From Nitrospirota bacterium (GTDB taxonomy: Bacteria; Nitrospirota; Nitrospiria; 2-01-FULL-66-17): a stretch of 64,000 nucleotides of DNA. Positions 58,351 to 64,000 of this stretch are shown here, in pieces. Made by a program: the position numbers and the translations under genes. Position 1 is the stretch's first letter. Every line of letters begins with the position of its first letter. Where the stretch lies: the NCBI GenBank assembly GCA_049325335.1, contig JBMOMC010000007.1, forward strand, positions 128,170 through 192,169, read 5' to 3'. Under the pieces are notes generated by a model. The model was not told the DNA's origin. It searched no databases and saw only the letters and a list, made by a program, of their open reading frames with translations.

Positions 58351-59681
58351 GCAACCCCTTCGGCGCGCCGGGGGGACGGCGGCGCCGCGGCGTCCGACCG
58401 CCGGGGCCGCGGCGGAGGATCTCCCGCGTGATCCGGGACGTGCTCGATCTGCCGGATGGTCGTTTGCGCCCCGGCGATCGCGTCCACGATTTCATTGACC
58501 TGTTCGCGCGCGCCGGGAGGAAGGTCGGCTCGCCCCTGGAGTCGTTGTCCCGCGCTCCCCGCGCGCGCCAGGTGATCCTGCGCGTCGCGCTGAAGATCCA
58601 AAGTTTTTTCTCCGATCGCGGCCAACCGTTCGGCTTTCGTGAGCCGTTCCTGCGCGCGTTTGAGGTTGTAGGCCATTTGTTGGAACGAGCCAGCGACGCG
58701 CTCCAATTCATTGTTGGTCGCGGTGGAAATCTGAAAATCAAAGTCACCCTGGGCGATCCGACGCGCCCCGTCGTCGATCTCGCGGATGGGACGGACAATG
58801 CTCCGGCTGATCCCCCACGCAAAGAGCAGGGCCAGCAGCACCGCCGCCCCGACCAACGCGGCGTACCGCTGCAGACCCGCTTGCTCCGCGATGACGGAAC
58901 CGGGAACCGCCACCGACAGCATCCACGGCGTCGCCACGCCGGGCAGGGTGATTTGACGAGACGCCGCGGCCGAGCCGGTCGCCGCCTCGACCCGTTCGCC
59001 GACGGAGACGACCGTCCGACCCACGTGGTCCAAGATCCGGAGCGACCCGCCGTCCGAGGAATCGAGCGTCAACGCCCGCACGAACCAGTGGACCGGAACG
59101 GCCCCGTACAATGCGCCCGCCACCGCGCCGTCGGCGCCGATCAGCGGCACGGCCACTCCCAGCGCCGACGGCGCGCTCTGGTCGGGAGCGCCCGCCCCGC
59201 CGAACACCACGCGGCCGCTCGACGCGGCCTGCGCCGCCATGACGCGTTCAACCTCCGGATCCACCGCGGCGTCCACCTCCAGCCGACGCTGATACCCGAT
59301 CAGGAGGTCCCCCGACGTATTGTGCACCGCCAACGTGCCCACGGGAACTGGAGACCGATCGCCCCACGCGGAGAGAACCACGGCGGCCGCGTCCCAATCC
59401 AGCCATGACCTGGTCTCGCGCGCTCGTTGCGCCTGCTCGGCCACGAACACCAGTTCCCGGCGGGCCGAGTCAACGGCCAGACCGAATCGTTCGGCGGCGA
59501 CGTCCGCGCGCGCCTGCACCGCGGCGTCCGTTTCCAAGGCGCGTTCCGACAAAGAATACCAGTAAAGAGACGCAATACCGAGGAGGGCCGGGGTCACGCC
59601 GGCCCATAAGAACCACGCGAGAAGTTGGTGTCGAAGACCGAGTCGCGGCATTGCGGGGTCGCCAGTTACACGGCGCCCCAC
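58347..59681 (-). CDS. membrane sensor protein with periplasmic domain + HAMP and a degenerate, truncated HisKA (no H-box His, no ATPase domain)
   Basis: TM1, a ~250-aa extracytoplasmic region, TM2 (YAALVGAAVLLALLFAWGI), HAMP (IVRPIREIDDGARRIAQGDFDF...ELERVAGSFQQMAYNL), then KAERLAAIGEKTLDLQRD without the conserved His. The protein ends without a HATPase_c domain. Confidence 0.55.
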   Translation of the reverse strand: MGRRVTGDPAMPRLGLRHQLLAWFLWAGVTPALLGIASLYWYSLSERALETDAAVQARADVAAERFGLAVDSARRELVFVAEQAQRARETRSWLDWDAAAVVLSAWGDRSPVPVGTLAVHNTSGDLLIGYQRRLEVDAAVDPEVERVMAAQAASSGRVVFGGAGAPDQSAPSALGVAVPLIGADGAVAGALYGAVPVHWFVRALTLDSSDGGSLRILDHVGRTVVSVGERVEAATGSAAASRQITLPGVATPWMLSVAVPGSVIAEQAGLQRYAALVGAAVLLALLFAWGISRSIVRPIREIDDGARRIAQGDFDFQISTATNNELERVAGSFQQMAYNLKRAQERLTKAERLAAIGEKTLDLQRDAQDHLARAGSAGQRLQGRADLPPGAREQVNEIVDAIAGAQTTIRQIEHVPDHAGDPPPRPRRSDAAAPPSPRRAEGVA

Positions 59682-59705
59682 TATACGGGGGGACGGACTA
59701 GGGAA

Positions 59706-61163
59706 TCAAGAGGACGCCGCGTCGGATGTCACCACGCGGTTTTTACCCGAGGCTTTGGCCCGATACAACGCGTCGTCCGCGGTTTGAATCAACGTCTCGG
59801 CCGACCACTCGCCGAGCGACGAGGCGATCCCGATACTGATGGTCAGCGACTGCGGCAACTCGCCGGCCGTGAGCGTAAACGGGTGGGCCTCCACGACTTG
59901 ACGAATCTTCTCCCCCACATTGTGCGCCTGCCTCTGGTCGATCTCGGGTAACAGGATCACGAACTCCTCGCCGCCGTACCGAGCCACCAAGTCCGCCGAT
60001 CGCGTGTACGCCAACAAGAGGGCCGCGATCTCCCTGAGAATCTGATCCCCTTTGAGATGGCCGTACGTATCGTTGTAGCGCTTAAAGTTGTCCAAATCGA
60101 TCATCAACAACGACACCGGCGACTCGTACCGCCGCGCGTGTTGGACGCTGCGCGCGAGCTGCTGGCGAAAGTACCGGTAGTTGTGTAGACCGGTCAAACC
60201 GTCGCGGATCGCCAGTTGCTGAATTTCTTGATAGAAACCCAGGTTGGCGATCGCCATCGCGGCATGGTTGGCCAACACTGACAACAGACGGCCGTCTTCA
60301 TGCGTAACCCACTTCGGCTTATTCGCTGCCACGATCAACCCGCTCACCCGACCTTGAAAATACAGCGGGACCGCCGCCATGTTATAGAAGCCGAACGCCC
60401 GGGTCAGCTCATGGATGATCCGCGGGTCCGACTGTGGATCGTTCGAGACCAACACGCCCTGGCCTTTGAAGTCCCACGCCGCCCGAATCTCCGGCGTCAC
60501 GCGGTAACGCACCGCCGCCAGATGATCGTCTCGCACGCCGTAACCGGGAACCTGCGCCACCATGTCATGGGAACTCTTGTCGTACCGGAGGACAAAACAG
60601 ATCTCGGCTCCAAGCGCCTCGGCGATGTGCGTGGTGAGGTGCCGGTACAGTTCGTCGGCTTCCTGAAACCGCGCGCACCCCTCTCCAAAACGGCCGATCA
60701 CCGTGAGTTCATGCAACTGACGGTCCCGATCACGAAGCGCCTGCTGCATCACCGCCTCGCGTTCGGCGAGCGCGAACGACATGTGATCGAACGCCTGGGT
60801 CACCTCCCATAGATCGCGGTCGCGGGTCACCACGGGCGGCAACGGAATGTGCGAGGAGCCCGGCGTGATGTTCCGCACGGCCGAGGCCAGTGCCGCGATC
60901 GGGCGCAGGATGTGGCGTGAGACCACCCACGCGAACGCCACGGTGGCGAGCGCCAATACGCCGGCCAGCCACATGACCGCGTTCAACGCCGCGCGCGGTT
61001 GCATCTGGCCGAACGCCGCGAGCACGTCGGTGAGCGCGCCGAATCGCGCCACCACGTACCCCGCGGTCACCAGCAAGACAAAACACGTCCAGCCCGCGAA
61101 CGCCGCGATGAGTTTGTTTCGCAGCGTCATCTCGTTGAGGCGATTCACCCAGCGACGGAGCAT
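59706..61163 (-). CDS. diguanylate cyclase (TM-HAMP-GAF-GGDEF)
   Basis: Intact active site RYGGEEFVILLP, with IRDGLTGLHNYRYF...DLDNFKRYNDTYGHLKGD...ADDALYRAKASGKNRV, preceded by a GAF domain. Confidence 0.85.
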   Translation of the reverse strand: MLRRWVNRLNEMTLRNKLIAAFAGWTCFVLLVTAGYVVARFGALTDVLAAFGQMQPRAALNAVMWLAGVLALATVAFAWVVSRHILRPIAALASAVRNITPGSSHIPLPPVVTRDRDLWEVTQAFDHMSFALAEREAVMQQALRDRDRQLHELTVIGRFGEGCARFQEADELYRHLTTHIAEALGAEICFVLRYDKSSHDMVAQVPGYGVRDDHLAAVRYRVTPEIRAAWDFKGQGVLVSNDPQSDPRIIHELTRAFGFYNMAAVPLYFQGRVSGLIVAANKPKWVTHEDGRLLSVLANHAAMAIANLGFYQEIQQLAIRDGLTGLHNYRYFRQQLARSVQHARRYESPVSLLMIDLDNFKRYNDTYGHLKGDQILREIAALLLAYTRSADLVARYGGEEFVILLPEIDQRQAHNVGEKIRQVVEAHPFTLTAGELPQSLTISIGIASSLGEWSAETLIQTADDALYRAKASGKNRVVTSDAASS

Positions 61164-61165
61164 CG

Positions 61166-62809
61166 CTACTCCACCCGCGCCGTGAACGGCTTGGAACTTC
61201 CCTCGCGATCGTCGGTCCAGAGCACCATTGCTCGCCCCACATCATCAACCGCCACCGACGGCCGACCGTGTTGTTGAACACCTAGTAGCATGGAATCGTC
61301 GTTCACTCTTACGTTCTGACTGAACGTCGTCTGCCCAGCGAGCCTCCGAGCGACATAGATATCGGTCTGGCCCGTACCGTCGTCAGCAATCGGGCACGTC
61401 GACGGGCTCCCGCTGATCTCGATACATTTTCGATTGTCCGCAAACGCCACCGTCACCTCGCCGTCGGCACCCAGTGCCACACTAGGGAAATTTTGTTCTG
61501 ATCCGAGTCCTGCGTCGTCGATGACCAACACGTTGTCAGTCACACCAAGCCCCTCGGCGCTGCTGCTGGCGAAATAGACATGACGGCGTAGCGTCGCCGT
61601 ACGGCCGTCGCTCCAGGCCACTACTGCCATTCCGGAGGAACCCACCGCGACACTGGCTAAGGCCTGTGGGCCGGCAACCACAGCATTCACCCGAGTTTCC
61701 GACGCGACCAACTCAATGGCGCCGCCACTCATCCTAGCACGTCGCCACCATACGTCATTCGACCCTTCGCTCGGATCGTCCCTGGTGTCGCTCCACGCCA
61801 CCACGATCGATCCGCGATCGTTGACGGCAACTGCAGGACGAATCGGGTGAAGCGCGGTGGGCCCGCTGGCCTGAACCGGACTTGAGATGGTAAATGTTCC
61901 ACTGTCCGTTAGCTCCCCAAGGGCCAGAAAAATCGCCGTGTCCGAGGCACCTTGAGCCACCCACGCGAAGCAGGCCGTTCCTTGAGGAGCTACGGCGAGC
62001 GCAACGAGTGGGTCTCCCACCGCCCCCATCAACGCGACGAATTGACTCGGACCGAGGACAACGCTCCCCGACGCATTCAGGCCGACACCCCTTGCATACA
62101 CCTCCCACTGCACGCCGTCCGGACTACCGACCCACACCACAACCGCGCGCCCGGCGGCGTCAACCGCCACAGATGGGTATCGATGGGGATGGGTGGTCGT
62201 CGTCGGACTCAGTTGCGACGGCGGACTGAATGTTTGTCCGCGATCCCTACTCACACTGAGATACACGCGTTCCAGACCACTCAGGTTTTCACTCCACACG
62301 TAGTAGACGGTTGATCCGTACAATGCCGTGCTGCGTTGTCCCCCAGACAATGTGCCGGCCGAGGCCCCACTCGCTCCCACCGGAAGTGCAGCATTGGCCT
62401 GCGGTTCTAACTGCGTACCCACCACCACCCGAATGCTCTGGGTGATCGTCCCGCGGGGATCGTCGGTACTGGTCGCGCGAATGATCGGAGAGTCATCTGG
62501 AACCGTGTTCGGCGCGGTATAAACGCCGTCCGCGTCGATTGTTCCGTACGCGGTGCCACCGATAACCGACCAGGTAACACCAGGCCCTGCATCGATTACC
62601 GTCGCGTCAAAATCGAGCGATCCGCCCTTGGTCGTGGTCGTACCATCTTTTGGCACAATAATGACCGTAGCTGGAGGGCTGACGCCTACTGACCCGCTGC
62701 TGCCCCCACCTCCACCCCCGCCGGATGAGCAGGCCCCGAGCAACAGGAGCCCCCAGGCCCATACCGCGCCCGTCGAAAGCCCCCGTACACGGTTTACGAC
62801 GTACCTCAT
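61166..62809 (-). CDS. secreted lipoprotein with Gly-rich linker, Ig-like (Big-2-like) segment and BNR/Asp-box-like repeats
   Basis: Lipobox LLLLGACSS followed by GGGGGGGSSGS. Contains the Asp-box SVSRDRGQTFS and repeated ...VAV..GRAVVVW... beta-propeller-like units. Confidence 0.55.
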   Translation of the reverse strand: MRYVVNRVRGLSTGAVWAWGLLLLGACSSGGGGGGGSSGSVGVSPPATVIIVPKDGTTTTKGGSLDFDATVIDAGPGVTWSVIGGTAYGTIDADGVYTAPNTVPDDSPIIRATSTDDPRGTITQSIRVVVGTQLEPQANAALPVGASGASAGTLSGGQRSTALYGSTVYYVWSENLSGLERVYLSVSRDRGQTFSPPSQLSPTTTTHPHRYPSVAVDAAGRAVVVWVGSPDGVQWEVYARGVGLNASGSVVLGPSQFVALMGAVGDPLVALAVAPQGTACFAWVAQGASDTAIFLALGELTDSGTFTISSPVQASGPTALHPIRPAVAVNDRGSIVVAWSDTRDDPSEGSNDVWWRRARMSGGAIELVASETRVNAVVAGPQALASVAVGSSGMAVVAWSDGRTATLRRHVYFASSSAEGLGVTDNVLVIDDAGLGSEQNFPSVALGADGEVTVAFADNRKCIEISGSPSTCPIADDGTGQTDIYVARRLAGQTTFSQNVRVNDDSMLLGVQQHGRPSVAVDDVGRAMVLWTDDREGSSKPFTARVE

Positions 62810-62824
62810 ACGCCCCTGACCAGC

Positions 62825-63337
62825 TTAGACAGACATCATGGCGCAAAATTCCAGATCTGCACGCCCATGCGGGCGGTGCCGGTGCCGCGCGTGACCCGCG
62901 CGGTAGTGGCATTGTCCAAGGTGACCCGGAACTGCGCCACGTTGATCGCGCCCACCGTGGTCGAGGAGGCCTGCGCCCCGCTGTGCCCAAACGGCGCAGA
63001 CCGTGCCCAGCGCCACGGTCTGCGCCGGGGTGACCGCGCTGATCGCCGCCGTGGTCGTGGTCACGCCCGCGCCCACCGGGATGTCCAGGTGCTGCACGCT
63101 CACCACCCCCGGGCTGGGACTGCACCAGCTCCCACACCAGCTCCAAGGTCTGGCCCGCCACCTGCCGCGCCAACAGGATAGAGCAGGGTGCGCGTGCGAT
63201 CCACCGCCACCGGCGCTACACGCGGCAAGCAGGCCCACCGCGCACGCGACGAGCGTGCGCCGAAGCGTCGTAACGTGTACGCGCTCATCGTGGCAGGGAA
63301 CGCAGGGAATCTGACTGTCGGCAAACATACGTCTCAT
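62825..63337 (-). CDS. questionable ORF with lipoprotein-like signal (may be non-coding)
   Basis: Begins MRRMF...LVACAVGLLAACSAGG (lipobox-like), but the remainder is low-complexity (Trp/Arg/His-rich). An alternative overlapping ORF is Arg-rich noise. Confidence 0.2.
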   Translation of the reverse strand: MRRMFADSQIPCVPCHDERVHVTTLRRTLVACAVGLLAACSAGGGGSHAHPALSCWRGRWRARPWSWCGSWCSPSPGVVSVQHLDIPVGAGVTTTTAAISAVTPAQTVALGTVCAVWAQRGAGLLDHGGRDQRGAVPGHLGQCHYRAGHARHRHRPHGRADLEFCAMMSV

Positions 63338-63346
63338 CCCTCACCC

Positions 63347-64000
63347 TTACGGGAACACGTTCGGATCGTTGTAGAACATGGGGTTGGCAATGACGTGACC
63401 GGTATTGGGATTGACCGCGACGAACGAGAACGGAATCCGGTAGAGAATCCCCCCGACGGTGTAGCTCAGGATCACATATTGCCTGGCGTTAGCCGTCATT
63501 CCAGAGATGGTGGACAGGGTCACGGTGTACTCGTTGTTCACTGTCGAGTAGTTCGACGTGATCGACCCGACGGTCTCGGTCGCCCCTGCGCTGTCTCGCC
63601 ACCGATTGAGAGTGAACGTGCCTGCCCCCCCATTAAAGAGGGCGCCGGATTGATCGTAGAATCTGACTCTGATCGTGGCGCTGGGCACCGCGGCTCCGCT
63701 ACCGAGGATCGTCACGGTGGACGGTTGGACCGATACGTGTCGATGTCCGGTGGGCGTCCCGGCTCCATAATTGAAGGCGGCACTGGCCTCTAGCCGTTGG
63801 TTGTCGGTGGCCGTGGCATCCAGAAGACGCGTGGTCACGATCAGCAGGTCGCCCGACACGACGGGGGCGCCGGCATTGAGCGTAATCGTCCGCGCATACA
63901 CGCCGCCGCCCACGTTCGTCACGGTCGCACCAACGGTAAAGTTCGTGCCGTTCGTCAGGTTAGCGGCGGTCCGGGTATTGCGGATCGTGACGTTCGCCGA
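63347..64000 (-). CDS. hypothetical beta-rich (probably secreted/surface) protein, N-terminus beyond window end
   Basis: The frame is open to base 64000 (…SANVTIRNTRTAANLTNGTNFTVGATVTNVGGGVYARTITLNAGAPVVSG…). Thr/Asn/Gly-rich with alternating hydrophobic residues and no Arg bias, unlike the spurious high-GC frames. Confidence 0.45.
   Translation of the reverse strand, partial: SANVTIRNTRTAANLTNGTNFTVGATVTNVGGGVYARTITLNAGAPVVSGDLLIVTTRLLDATATDNQRLEASAAFNYGAGTPTGHRHVSVQPSTVTILGSGAAVPSATIRVRFYDQSGALFNGGAGTFTLNRWRDSAGATETVGSITSNYSTVNNEYTVTLSTISGMTANARQYVILSYTVGGILYRIPFSFVAVNPNTGHVIANPMFYNDPNVFP

Noticed and set aside
62607-63173. 188-aa ORF on the minus strand (MARQVAGQTLE…)
   Set aside because: Extremely Arg/Gly/His-rich with no motif. 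Likely noise.
1-64000. CRISPR arrays, IS elements/transposases, integrases, prophage or toxin-antitoxin/defence genes
   Set aside because: None recognised. There are no regularly spaced direct repeats and no recombinase, transposase or nuclease motifs in any frame I examined. The region looks like core chromosome.

Overview
High-GC (~65-67%) bacterial chromosomal segment, densely coding, organised in three strand blocks: a ~30 kb minus-strand block (1305..31447), a plus block (31531..41666), and a minus block (41663..64000, running off the window). Housekeeping genes dominate (purF/purL/purQ/purS/purB, ribBA-ribH-nusB, rpsU, acpS, nnr, tsaE, mutS, msrA, folB/folE, queC). The most unusual locus is a ~16 kb chemosensory (Che-like) gene cluster sitting exactly between purQ and purS, co-directional with them and joined to its neighbours by 1-4 nt stop/start overlaps. 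It holds cheA, cheB, cheR, two cheW, two cheY and two MCPs. One MCP carries a CXXCH haem-c motif in its periplasmic domain. Embedded accessory genes are a HEAT-repeat protein, a Zn-ribbon/pseudo-receiver protein, a DUF4388(PATAN)-like protein, a GAF coiled-coil protein and a DNA-binding-domain-only MerR (BldC-like) protein. A paralogous MerR-like gene lies further along the same strand, next to a degenerate ParA/MinD-like gene that overlaps another ORF across a G10 homopolymer. Other oddities: a cysteine-desulfurase homologue lacking the PLP-binding lysine, a TusA-domain::ABC-ATPase fusion in an Ssu/Tau-type transporter, a stand-alone M17-aminopeptidase N-domain protein, a degenerate stand-alone GGDEF protein, a HAMP sensor with a truncated kinase core, and a possible structured RNA upstream of acpS. 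Further operons present are a Ser/Thr kinase-FHA pair, a gldAFG-like ABC + DUF4340 operon, and a GGDEF/GAF cyclase. No CRISPR arrays, rRNA/tRNA genes or transposases were recognised. The taxon cannot be stated from the sequence alone; the domain content (PATAN-like, MJ0042 Zn-ribbon, HEAT protein in a Che cluster, STK/FHA) resembles Myxococcota/deltaproteobacteria-like genomes.
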